This document shows, in pieces, positions 55,625-63,428 of a stretch of 64,000 nt of DNA (positions are counted from its first letter, which is position 1; every line of letters starts with the position of its first letter). The notes beneath the pieces are model-generated. The model was not told the origin of the DNA and made no database searches. It saw only the letters and a program-made list of their open reading frames with translations. The DNA lies in IMG/VR virus record IMGVR_UViG_3300034198_012226, positions 1-64,000 of that record; one strand, written 5' to 3'. Position numbers and translations under genes: made by a program. This stretch comes from a virus.

Positions 55625-57046
55625 TCAGCGCCCGAACAGCGCGTCCCGAATGTCCTTGTGGTTTCTTACCACACGGTTGACCAGCTCGTCCTTCTTCATG
55701 AGGATGTCGAGCAGTCGGAGCTGGATGGTGCCCTCGGCGATCCCCACCCGGATATGCACCTTGCGCTTCTGGCCATTCCGGTACACCCGGCCCACAGCCT
55801 GCTCGAACTGGGTCGGGATCAGCGGCGCTTCCATGAACAGCACGTCCGAGCAGCAGTCCTGGAGGTTCAAGCCGTAGCCCGCCGACTGCACCTGGGCCAC
55901 CAGCACCCGGCACTTCGGATCGGTCATGAAGCGGTCGATGTTCTTCTGCTGCTGACCGGCGCTGATGTCGCCGAACACGGCCACCGACCCGTGCTTCCGG
56001 GTGTGCTCGGTGACGTGGCGGCTGGTCAGCTTGTAGTTCGTGAAGATGATCAACTTCTTGTGGTGGCCACCGGCATCCAGCTCCTCCTGCTCGGCCTCCA
56101 GGTCTTCGAGTACCTGGTCGATCAGGTCGAAGCCAGCGGACAGGTTCGCCGGGTCGTCGCTGAAGTGGTCGTAGTTCATGACCAACTGCTGGAGTGCGTG
56201 CCAGAGCCGGGTCGTCTGGGTGGCATCGAACTTGTGACCGTCCTCGTACTCCAGCAGCTTCTCCTCGGCGAGCTGGTGGTACAGCTTCATGTGCTTGGGG
56301 TCAAGCTCATAGTGCATCGGCGAGTACGTGATGTCCGGCAGCTCGGTCAACACGTCCTCCTTCAGGATACGCACCGAGTTCACCCGCATGTTCTTGTTGA
56401 GCATGTCGAGGTTCTTGTACGTCTGGGGAATCCCGAAGAAGTCGTAGGTATCGACGTGGATGCCTTCGTACTGCGTGTAGCTGCGGTAGATCGAGGGGGC
56501 CAGCAGCTTGACGTAAGCGTAGCCGTCCAGGATTTTGGCGAGCGGGGTGCCGGTGAGGAGCATCAGGTGGCCGGTCATGCTGAAGTCGCGCACCCGCTGA
56601 TAGTTCTTCGACTCGTAGTTCTTGACGGCGGTCGCCTCGTCGGCGATGACGCAAGTCCTCTCGTGGTCGAAGGCCATGCAGATGCGGTCGTAATCCCGCT
56701 TGAAGATGTCGTAGCTCATCAGGATGAAGTCGGTCTCGAACGTCATCGCTGCGCGCTTCTTCGGCGACCCGGCGTAGATCATCGCCGTGACACCTCGGAT
56801 GCTCTTGAGCCAACGGTACCAGGCCATCAGCAGGATCGGCGGCATCAGCACGATCACCCTGTCGATCTCCCCAACCTCCTTCTTGTAGAGGGCGCTGACA
56901 GTGGACGTTGCCGTCTTGCCTACACCGACTGCAAGGTAGTGCCCGGTCTTCTGCCGTGGGGCCAAAGCATCGACCGTCTGGATTTGATAACCGTAGAGGG
57001 TGAAAGGCAAGCCGTACCGGCTCGCCACGAGTTCATAGGGGGTCAT
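55625..57046 (-). CDS. SNF2-like superfamily 2 helicase
   Basis: YQ Q-motif, GVGKT, IADEAT, LTGTP, GYGLNLQ, QAVGRVYRNGQ. Confidence 0.9.
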   Translation of the reverse strand: MTPYELVASRYGLPFTLYGYQIQTVDALAPRQKTGHYLAVGVGKTATSTVSALYKKEVGEIDRVIVLMPPILLMAWYRWLKSIRGVTAMIYAGSPKKRAAMTFETDFILMSYDIFKRDYDRICMAFDHERTCVIADEATAVKNYESKNYQRVRDFSMTGHLMLLTGTPLAKILDGYAYVKLLAPSIYRSYTQYEGIHVDTYDFFGIPQTYKNLDMLNKNMRVNSVRILKEDVLTELPDITYSPMHYELDPKHMKLYHQLAEEKLLEYEDGHKFDATQTTRLWHALQQLVMNYDHFSDDPANLSAGFDLIDQVLEDLEAEQEELDAGGHHKKLIIFTNYKLTSRHVTEHTRKHGSVAVFGDISAGQQQKNIDRFMTDPKCRVLVAQVQSAGYGLNLQDCCSDVLFMEAPLIPTQFEQAVGRVYRNGQKRKVHIRVGIAEGTIQLRLLDILMKKDELVNRVVRNHKDIRDALFGR

Positions 57047-57047
57047 T

Positions 57048-57530
57048 TTAGTACCTCACTCCGAGAAGTTGCGCAAAATCACTAGATTCTGCACTGCAAC
57101 GGAGGAGTCGTGCAAGGTCAATCTTGGCTGAAGCCTCGATTGTTGCGACCTTGGAGATCACGATGTCGATCCAGTTGGGAATCGTCCGGACATGGGGAAG
57201 GTTCGCCCAGGGCATCTGGGTCAACGCATTCATGAACACCGTGGGGTGTTGCTTTAGCGCGTCGCGCAGGCCGGGAAACAGTTCCCTGCAATTGGCGCCG
57301 TTCAGCGCCGCTTGCGAAGTGTAGAGCGCAGCGAGGTCACGGTTGACCAGAACGTGGGCATAATCGTCCGACGATGGGTCTCGGTGATCCTCGATGCTCT
57401 CACACGACAAGTACAGCAAATTCCACAACTGGACATCGTCGCGGCAGCTTATGCCCAGCCCCAGATGGGGCCTGGCATACCGGCTCGGGGGAACCGGAGA
57501 GTAGCAGAGCTGGCCACTAATCTTAATCAT
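57048..57530 (-). CDS. Hypothetical protein (atypical, lower-GC codon usage)
   Basis: Fills the gap with an ATGA overlap upstream and a 1-nt gap downstream. Confidence 0.55.
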   Translation of the reverse strand: MIKISGQLCYSPVPPSRYARPHLGLGISCRDDVQLWNLLYLSCESIEDHRDPSSDDYAHVLVNRDLAALYTSQAALNGANCRELFPGLRDALKQHPTVFMNALTQMPWANLPHVRTIPNWIDIVISKVATIEASAKIDLARLLRCSAESSDFAQLLGVRY

Positions 57531-58342
57531 ACACTAACTTTTTCCATTCCGGTGCTGCCGAAACCGCCCGAGCCGCGCTCGGTCTGTTCCAAATCAGTCA
57601 CAACTTCCCAGTTCGGGATGATGACCGGCACCACCATGAACTGGGCAATGCGATCCATCGGCTTGACCGTGAAGCTGGCCTGGCCACGGTTTTCGAGGAT
57701 GACGCCGAGTTCCCCGGTGTAGCCGCTGTCGATCAGGCCAGGGCCGTTGGCGACCGCCACCAGGAACTTGTTGGCCAGGCCGCTGCGAGACATCACGTAG
57801 CCTGCGGTGCCGGGGGCGAGCTTCACGGCGATGCCGGTCATGATCAGCAGCTTGCTGCCCGGTTCGATGACGGTCGGCTCGGTCACCGACGAGGCCACCA
57901 GGTCGAACGCGGCGTCGCCAGGCTTGGCGTAGGCAAGCTGCACCTCGGGGTTGATGAACTTGACCTTGAAGGGCAAGTCCGAATTGGCGTGAGCCGGACG
58001 GATCGTGACGCCGCTCGGGGTCAGGAAGTTCGCAGGGGTGCCGTCCTGGTAGTCGAAGGAGCCGTCGCCCAGGACGATCAGGGCAGGCTTCGCAGTGGCC
58101 ACGGTGGCAGCGTCGGCCATCTCAGCCTTCTCGAAACGAAAGCCGCCCTTCTTGATCGCGGTGTTGACGAACACACCGACGCTCTGGGCCTGGCACAGTT
58201 CGAGGAACGTGTTGACCGGCACGTCGAAGTATTTGTAGGTGCCGCCCTTCATCTGGAGGTAAAGGTCGGTGCCATCGTGGACGGCGCGTTGGATGTTCGA
58301 TGAGTTGCGGAATTCGACTACACTCAGTGTTGGGTTGTTCAC
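57527..58342 (-). CDS. dut: KTSC domain - trimeric dUTPase fusion
   Basis: N-terminal SSNI.......LYLQM.GGTYKYFDVP...F.EL..AQSVG.F (KTSC); all five dUTPase motifs AAFDL, SRSGLA, GLIDSGYTGE, DRIAQ, RGSGGFGSTG. Confidence 0.88.
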   Translation of the reverse strand: MNNPTLSVVEFRNSSNIQRAVHDGTDLYLQMKGGTYKYFDVPVNTFLELCQAQSVGVFVNTAIKKGGFRFEKAEMADAATVATAKPALIVLGDGSFDYQDGTPANFLTPSGVTIRPAHANSDLPFKVKFINPEVQLAYAKPGDAAFDLVASSVTEPTVIEPGSKLLIMTGIAVKLAPGTAGYVMSRSGLANKFLVAVANGPGLIDSGYTGELGVILENRGQASFTVKPMDRIAQFMVVPVIIPNWEVVTDLEQTERGSGGFGSTGMEKVSV

Positions 58343-58343
58343 T

Positions 58344-58601
58344 TCACTCTCCTTGAGAATTGCGGCCGTGCTTTCGGTTGATGTCGGCCATTGTTTGGGA
58401 CGGAGACCGAGGGTCGGCCTCCGTGTCTTTCTTGATCGCGCCACGGGTGTCCTGCTCGAACCACTGGACGCACCCCTCACGGGTGATCGTCACGATCTGG
58501 GTGTCTACACGCAGGAGCACCCCGGCGATGTCAGCTTCCGGATTGGTCCGGAGTAGCTGGTCCAGCTTCTGCGTGGCCAGCCTCGTCAACTTGGGGTCCA
58601 T
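58344..58601 (-). CDS. Hypothetical protein
   Basis: ATG 58601 with AGGTGG SD; ends 1 nt before the dut start. Confidence 0.5.
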   Translation of the reverse strand: MDPKLTRLATQKLDQLLRTNPEADIAGVLLRVDTQIVTITREGCVQWFEQDTRGAIKKDTEADPRSPSQTMADINRKHGRNSQGE

Positions 58602-59073
58602 CGGCCACCTTCGGCTTATACAGTGGGTCAGCCCCGATGTAGATCGCCTCGGGGGCTTCTGGGTAATTGCGACGGATGTAGTCGAAGTCACCTTCGTTCC
58701 ACCTGCGGAGGAGATCTACCTTCTCGTCATCGTCGTCCATAAAGCTGCCCTCACCCCCCAGGATGAACTGGATGATGGCTACGGCTGCGTCAGTGCCTGT
58801 GTAGCTGACCACCGGGGCCTGTCCCTGCTTCATCCGATAGTCGTTGGCACGCTGGAAGGCGTTGCTCGCTGCGTCCATGACCTGGGCGTCGGTGCCCAGG
58901 GCAGTGGCCATGTAGACGAAGTGCTCGACCACATCAGCAAGGGTCTTCTCCGGGGTGGCCGGAACCCTGGCCAGCGGTGAGTTGCTACGGTAGTCACCCT
59001 TGGTACTGCCGCCGCCCTCAAACTTGAACGTGAATTGGACGCGCACGTCCTTGAATTTATCGCTCACGATCAA
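58531..59073 (-). CDS. Hypothetical protein
   Basis: 4-nt overlap with the ParB-like stop; FLRxW-like LLRRWNEGDFDYIR. Confidence 0.55.
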   Translation of the reverse strand: MIVSDKFKDVRVQFTFKFEGGGSTKGDYRSNSPLARVPATPEKTLADVVEHFVYMATALGTDAQVMDAASNAFQRANDYRMKQGQAPVVSYTGTDAAVAIIQFILGGEGSFMDDDDEKVDLLRRWNEGDFDYIRRNYPEAPEAIYIGADPLYKPKVADGPQVDEAGHAEAGPATPDQSGS

Positions 59074-60107
59074 GCAGCCTTCTGCTGTGGGGTGGCCACG
59101 CCAGCGCGTTCAGCAGCGATGGCTTCCTCGATCTCCGGGGTGAACTTGTCCTGGAGCTGGAGCATCAGCTTAATCGCCGCGCCGGTCAACTCCACCGGGT
59201 ACATCTCGGTGTCCACGATATTGCGCGGCTTCTTGATCTTGTCCGGCAAGGCGAAGGCAAGGTCACGCGCCGTCTTGGCCTGGGCTTCCTGGCGCTTCTT
59301 CAGGGCCTTGGCTGCGGCCTTCGCAGCGGCCTCCTGTTCGGCTTTCTGGGCGGCGGTGACACTTCCCTCGTCCTCGCCCTCGTTTTCGCCGCCTGCGTCG
59401 TTCTGGGCGGTCTGCTCGTGCTTCGGCGTGACCTTGGTCTCACCCTTGCCCGCAGCCTTGTCCAGCGCGGCCATGATTTCTTCGTAGGCTTTCTCGCCGT
59501 GCTTCTTGTGGTACTTGACCGCTTCCTCGGCGGCGATCTTGTTGGCGCGCACCAGAGCCTTCACGTCGTCCGGCAGCTTCGAGATCACGATCAGACGGTC
59601 GATCCAGCCGACCGACTTGTTCAGTTCCTTGGCGATCTCCTCACGGGTGCAGCCGTCTTCACGGTACCAGATCGTGTGGTCAGCCTGTTCGATTGGCGTG
59701 AGGTGCTCGCCCTGGTTGGCCTTGAAGGACAGGCTGCGGGCCTGGCGTTCGGTGCCGGTGAAGCGGATCACTTCGTATTCGGTGATGCCCTTCTCGCCGC
59801 GTTCACGCATGGCTTTGTCAGCGCGGCACGCTGCGGTGTAGCGGCACTCGCCGTCAACGATCTCGGCGGTGTTGCCGTCCATGGCCATGCGGACGATTGG
59901 GAGCGGGACGAAGTCGCCAGCCTCGTAGGCAGCTTGCAGCTCGGCGATCTTGGCCTGGGTCTCGGGCTTTTGCAGATCGCGGGGGTTGAAGCCCTGCTTG
60001 ACGCTGATGCGATTCAGCGGCAGCTTGAGGTGCTCGGCCTTCTTCACGTCTTCGTTCTCACGCTCGAACTCGCGGAAGTTTTTGGCTGGCTTGGTATTTG
60101 CGGACAT
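59070..60107 (-). CDS. ParB/KorB-like protein (ParB N-terminal domain plus HTH)
   Basis: GFNPR, PLPIVR...IVDGECRYTAA (ParB box II-like), N....LTPIEQA, HTH TREEIAKELNKSVGWIDRLI, LPDDVKALV. Confidence 0.85.
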   Translation of the reverse strand: MSANTKPAKNFREFERENEDVKKAEHLKLPLNRISVKQGFNPRDLQKPETQAKIAELQAAYEAGDFVPLPIVRMAMDGNTAEIVDGECRYTAACRADKAMRERGEKGITEYEVIRFTGTERQARSLSFKANQGEHLTPIEQADHTIWYREDGCTREEIAKELNKSVGWIDRLIVISKLPDDVKALVRANKIAAEEAVKYHKKHGEKAYEEIMAALDKAAGKGETKVTPKHEQTAQNDAGGENEGEDEGSVTAAQKAEQEAAAKAAAKALKKRQEAQAKTARDLAFALPDKIKKPRNIVDTEMYPVELTGAAIKLMLQLQDKFTPEIEEAIAAERAGVATPQQKAA

Positions 60108-60163
60108 GGTGGTATCTCTCATGATTTGAGGTTGGATGGGTACTGCGGGAAGGGTGCTGCGGG

Positions 60164-60385
60164 TTACTGCTTGGACTGGCTGTCCGGAACGTCGGGATCG
60201 AACTCCACGAAGTAACCGTTGCCCTCGACACGCTTCTTCTCGTGGCACTGGGACGGTTTGAAATCGTGGGTGCCCATCAGGACGAAGCACAGGGCATTGG
60301 CAAGTCGCAGTGCCCTGGTACGGCTGCTTGGGTAGTAGTGCTTGACCACCTTATCGTCCGAGCGTCCGAAGTGGATGGCGTACAT
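60164..60385 (-). CDS. Hypothetical protein
   Basis: ATG with GAGGA SD; 73 aa. Confidence 0.55.
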   Translation of the reverse strand: MYAIHFGRSDDKVVKHYYPSSRTRALRLANALCFVLMGTHDFKPSQCHEKKRVEGNGYFVEFDPDVPDSQSKQ

Positions 60386-60405
60386 GGGTTTCCTCGGTAG
60401 GGCTG

Positions 60406-60433
60406 AAAAAAGACCACCCGGTGAGGGGTGGTC
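60406..60433 (-). terminator. Rho-independent terminator
   Basis: GACCACCC-CTCACC-GGGTGGTC followed by TTTTTT on the - strand. Confidence 0.75.
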
Positions 60434-60473
60434 GAAAGTCCAAAACTAGGGATGTCCTGAAAGAGACGCACTC

Positions 60474-60502
60474 AGTGTAGGACATTCCTGCCGGAAAGTC
60501 TA
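60474..60502 (-). promoter_or_regulatory. Putative promoter whose -10 lies inside a 15-bp palindrome copy
   Basis: TAGACT-17 nt-TACACT on the - strand. Confidence 0.4.
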
Positions 60503-60727
60503 GCGACCGGCTGCAATGGACGTGACGGAGGCCACACCATTATCGGCTGGAGCAGGCTCCAGGCGGCGCACGCGGGCCTTCAGGGTCTGCACCTGGGCAG
60601 TCCAGTGTTCGAGTGCGGCCTGGGCTTCCAGGAGGTCGAGCTGCGCCTGGTGGTGCTGGTCGGCGGCGACCTGGGCGACCGGCGTGCGACCAAACTTGGC
60701 GGTGAGCCATGCGATGAGGTTTTTCAT
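60500..60727 (-). CDS. Hypothetical coiled-coil protein
   Basis: ATG 60727 with AAGGA SD, ATGA overlap. Confidence 0.6.
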   Translation of the reverse strand: MKNLIAWLTAKFGRTPVAQVAADQHHQAQLDLLEAQAALEHWTAQVQTLKARVRRLEPAPADNGVASVTSIAAGR

Positions 60728-61020
60728 TTGGGTTCCTTGTTGTACTTCCGGTTCAAGATGGCCACGATTTCCAGGGCCTCGTACTTGCGGTGCCAGCCGC
60801 GCCGCACGGCGACGTTGTAGTGCGGGTGGTGGCGGCGCGGCACGTCGGGACGGGCCACGATTTTGATGACGCGGTTCGGCTCGCGTCCGAACACATACCA
60901 GCCAGGCCCCTCGGCAGGCGAGCGATCCACGAAGAACTCCTCCGTGAAGCTGCGCTCTACGCCATAGCGGGTGTCGGTCATGGCGTACTCGGTTGGGGTC
61001 TCGGTCTTCCACTTAGGCAT
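60724..61020 (-). CDS. Hypothetical protein
   Basis: AGGAG SD; coupled to both neighbours. Confidence 0.55.
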   Translation of the reverse strand: MPKWKTETPTEYAMTDTRYGVERSFTEEFFVDRSPAEGPGWYVFGREPNRVIKIVARPDVPRRHHPHYNVAVRRGWHRKYEALEIVAILNRKYNKEPK

Positions 61021-61708
61021 GGGGCTTCTCCTGTTTCAGTTCAATGACGCGCTGCGCCACCTTGAAGCGAGCGCCGTGGACTGTGAACCCGACGATGGCC
61101 TTGCGATTCGGGTCTTGACAGAGCTGGCACACCGAGCACGTCATGTACTCGACGGTCTGGGCAGGGCACACCGTGATCTTGCGGCCGGCTGGTGTCGTCT
61201 TCCCTTTCCAGCCTCGCGGCAGCATGGTCACGACCGGGCCTACACCCAGTGCAGCCAGCTCGTCGGCTTCCTCGACGGTGTCAGCCGAGAGGTTGACCGT
61301 GAAGCCGAGCTGGTTGGCGAGCTGCACCACGCGCTGGTTGTGCGGCGTCATCGGGTAGTGGGTGTAGGTGAAGCCCCGACGCCCTACGTTCGCTGCGGTC
61401 AGGCCAGCCAGGTAGAACTCGTCAATGACGTTGTCGGTGCCGATGAGATCGCCAGCCTGGTTGTGACGCCAGATTTGGTTCTTCTTCAGCTCCTTGATCC
61501 GGAACAGGAAGCCGTCCCAGGTGTAGCCCTTCTCACCACGGGTCACCTTGTCCCAGTGGATTTTCATGGGGAAGTTGTCGGCGTAGCAGCCGTTCCCCTT
61601 CAGTTGGCAAGCGTCGGGGCAAGTCTGTCGCCCCGACGTGGAGACCGGGATCGGCCCCGTCTTGCTGTTGCCCGACTCGCGCCGGAAGTACACCGTGATT
61701 TCGGTCAT
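61013..61708 (-). CDS. Cys-rich Gp88-like / radical-SAM-like putative Fe-S protein
   Basis: NSKTG, TCPDAC...GCYA, WRHNQAGD, FTYTH, NLSAD, CPAQ...TCSVCQLC, F.VHG. Confidence 0.6.
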   Translation of the reverse strand: MTEITVYFRRESGNSKTGPIPVSTSGRQTCPDACQLKGNGCYADNFPMKIHWDKVTRGEKGYTWDGFLFRIKELKKNQIWRHNQAGDLIGTDNVIDEFYLAGLTAANVGRRGFTYTHYPMTPHNQRVVQLANQLGFTVNLSADTVEEADELAALGVGPVVTMLPRGWKGKTTPAGRKITVCPAQTVEYMTCSVCQLCQDPNRKAIVGFTVHGARFKVAQRVIELKQEKPHA

Positions 61709-61750
61709 TGCTTTCCTTTCGCCCCGCTATGTGCGGGGTCGTTGCGGGTG

Positions 61751-62575
61751 CTAGGCACCCTTGGTGAAGAATTTGCGGGAGTCGTAGTTCAGGGTGACGC
61801 CGTCGCGGTGCGTGAGGCCGGTGGCGCTGTCGTTGTGCTTGAACACGACCAGCCAATCGTACTTGCCCTTGATGACGCTGTAGCCGGTGTTCGCCCAGTA
61901 GACGGTGTCTCCGGCCTCGACCCGCTGCTTGATCTCGTCCACGGTCATGCCGACCTTGTGCTGGAGGCGCTTCCGGTAGGAGTCCTCGACGGCGTCCTCG
62001 TACTTGTCCCACGACTGCTTCGAGAGCTGCTGGCCGCAGTGAGACATGCAGCGGTACTGCTGGCCGTCAGGAACGATGTGGAAGCCGTCTTCTTCGAGAC
62101 GCTCCTGCATGAACTCGGTGCGCAGCCAGGAGGCCGGGACGCCGTAGGCGAGGTAGTCACCGCTGTCGTCCAGGTTCCCGGCGTTCGGCACGCACGGGGA
62201 GCAGCGACCGCACTCGGTCAGGACAGGCGACTCGAACACGTACAGGTGCTGTGCGCCGCCGAGCCAGGACGTGCGGTACTTGACGCCTTCGTGCTCGCCT
62301 TCGTAGATCGGCTCGTTTGGTTCATAGCTGTCGTTGAAGTCCTGCTTGATCTGGTCTTCATCGAACTCAGGCGGCTCGCCGTCGTTGTCCTCGGCAGCTT
62401 CGACCAGGGCGTCGTGGGCACGCTTCATCTCGGCCAGGTGGTCTTCCCAGGCCGACTCGTAGTGCGCGTCCTTGCCGTGCTTGTAGCACAGGTCGTCCCA
62501 CAGGTCAGGGTCGATGCCGAAGGCATGGATGTAGCCGTAGGCGAAGCCGGTTTGGGGGTGGAGGTTGGCAAACAT
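61751..62575 (-). CDS. Hypothetical acidic protein with CxxCxPC motif
   Basis: TAATG coupling; ECGRCSPCVPNAGNLD. Confidence 0.6.
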   Translation of the reverse strand: MFANLHPQTGFAYGYIHAFGIDPDLWDDLCYKHGKDAHYESAWEDHLAEMKRAHDALVEAAEDNDGEPPEFDEDQIKQDFNDSYEPNEPIYEGEHEGVKYRTSWLGGAQHLYVFESPVLTECGRCSPCVPNAGNLDDSGDYLAYGVPASWLRTEFMQERLEEDGFHIVPDGQQYRCMSHCGQQLSKQSWDKYEDAVEDSYRKRLQHKVGMTVDEIKQRVEAGDTVYWANTGYSVIKGKYDWLVVFKHNDSATGLTHRDGVTLNYDSRKFFTKGA

Positions 62576-63255
62576 TAGCGCATCCCCCCGAACATCCGAC
62601 CCAGGGCCTCGCCGATCATGTCCTCGGCCCGCTTCTGCTTGGCCTTCTCCATCTTGGCAAGTACGGCCGGGGTTGGCGGCTCGATCTCGTACTCGTGGTT
62701 GTTCAGCACCTCGACCATGCGGTCGGCGACCTTCAGGTGCATCTCGCTCTTGTCGATCATGCCCTGGACTTCGGACATGACGCTGGCCATCAGGCCCGCC
62801 GCCTGGTTCTCGCCGGTCTTCGCGGTCGTGCGCTTCATGGCCTTCTCGATCTTGTCCCGCATCTTGACGTGGCCGTCGCGCTCCTCCTTCGTGTCGCGGT
62901 GGATTTCGCGCACCTTGCCGGTGATCTCGTCCAGGATGTCGGTGTGTTCGACGTACTCGGTGTCCCGGATGATGAGGGCGATCACGTTGCGCAGCGCCTG
63001 CATCGCGGTGGAGTTGATCTTCTCCTCCTCGGTGGCGCGGCCATCGTGGCGGTAGGTGCCGGTGGCGTCGTAGCGGGTACGGCGCTCGATGTCGGACAGC
63101 ACGTCGTAGGCTTCCTGGATCATCTGGAAGCGCATCTTGTCGCCGTCAGGCTTGTCGGGGTGGTGCTGCTGCGCCAGCTTGCGGTATGCCTTCTTGATTT
63201 CGGCCTTGCTCGCGTCGCGGGCTACACCGAGTGTTTCGTACAGATCGTGTTCCAT
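62575..63255 (-). CDS. J-domain (DnaJ-like) co-chaperone
   Basis: [26 protein letters not shown]...[16 protein letters not shown]. Confidence 0.92.
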   Translation of the reverse strand: MEHDLYETLGVARDASKAEIKKAYRKLAQQHHPDKPDGDKMRFQMIQEAYDVLSDIERRTRYDATGTYRHDGRATEEEKINSTAMQALRNVIALIIRDTEYVEHTDILDEITGKVREIHRDTKEERDGHVKMRDKIEKAMKRTTAKTGENQAAGLMASVMSEVQGMIDKSEMHLKVADRMVEVLNNHEYEIEPPTPAVLAKMEKAKQKRAEDMIGEALGRMFGGMR

Positions 63256-63257
63256 GC

Positions 63258-63428
63258 TCAACCCTTCTTGAGTTGTTGGTAAGCCTGCGTGATGACGTGC
63301 CGCATTTTGCGACCCGAGATGATCACGCAGTTATCGGAGGTGCGGGTGGCCTGCCACCCTGGCTTGGTGCATTTGACTATGACGCCGAGCTGCACCAGCT
63401 CTCGACGCATTTGGGTCACGTCCGGCAT
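63258..63428 (-). CDS. Small hypothetical protein (56 aa, not in the ORF track)
   Basis: ATG overlaps the upstream TGA (TGATG); [15 protein letters not shown]...QQLKKG* fills the gap exactly. Confidence 0.5.
   Translation of the reverse strand: MPDVTQMRRELVQLGVIVKCTKPGWQATRTSDNCVIISGRKMRHVITQAYQQLKKG

Larger units (their letters stand above)
2765..63236. repeat. Dispersed 15-bp pseudo-palindrome CTACACYSRSTGYAG (about 24 copies)
   Basis: Copies start at 2765, 3852, 7793, 11270, 13838, 14616, 19465, 22825, 25621, 28631, 31013, 33469, 35655, 38574, 40960, 45434, 48082, 51000, 53598, 56920, 58318, 60466, 61240, 63222. Confidence 0.8.

Noticed and set aside
2765-63236. Dispersed 15-mer as CRISPR repeats or IS ends
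   Set aside because: Copies are kilobases apart, degenerate and mostly intragenic; no spacer array, cas gene or transposase
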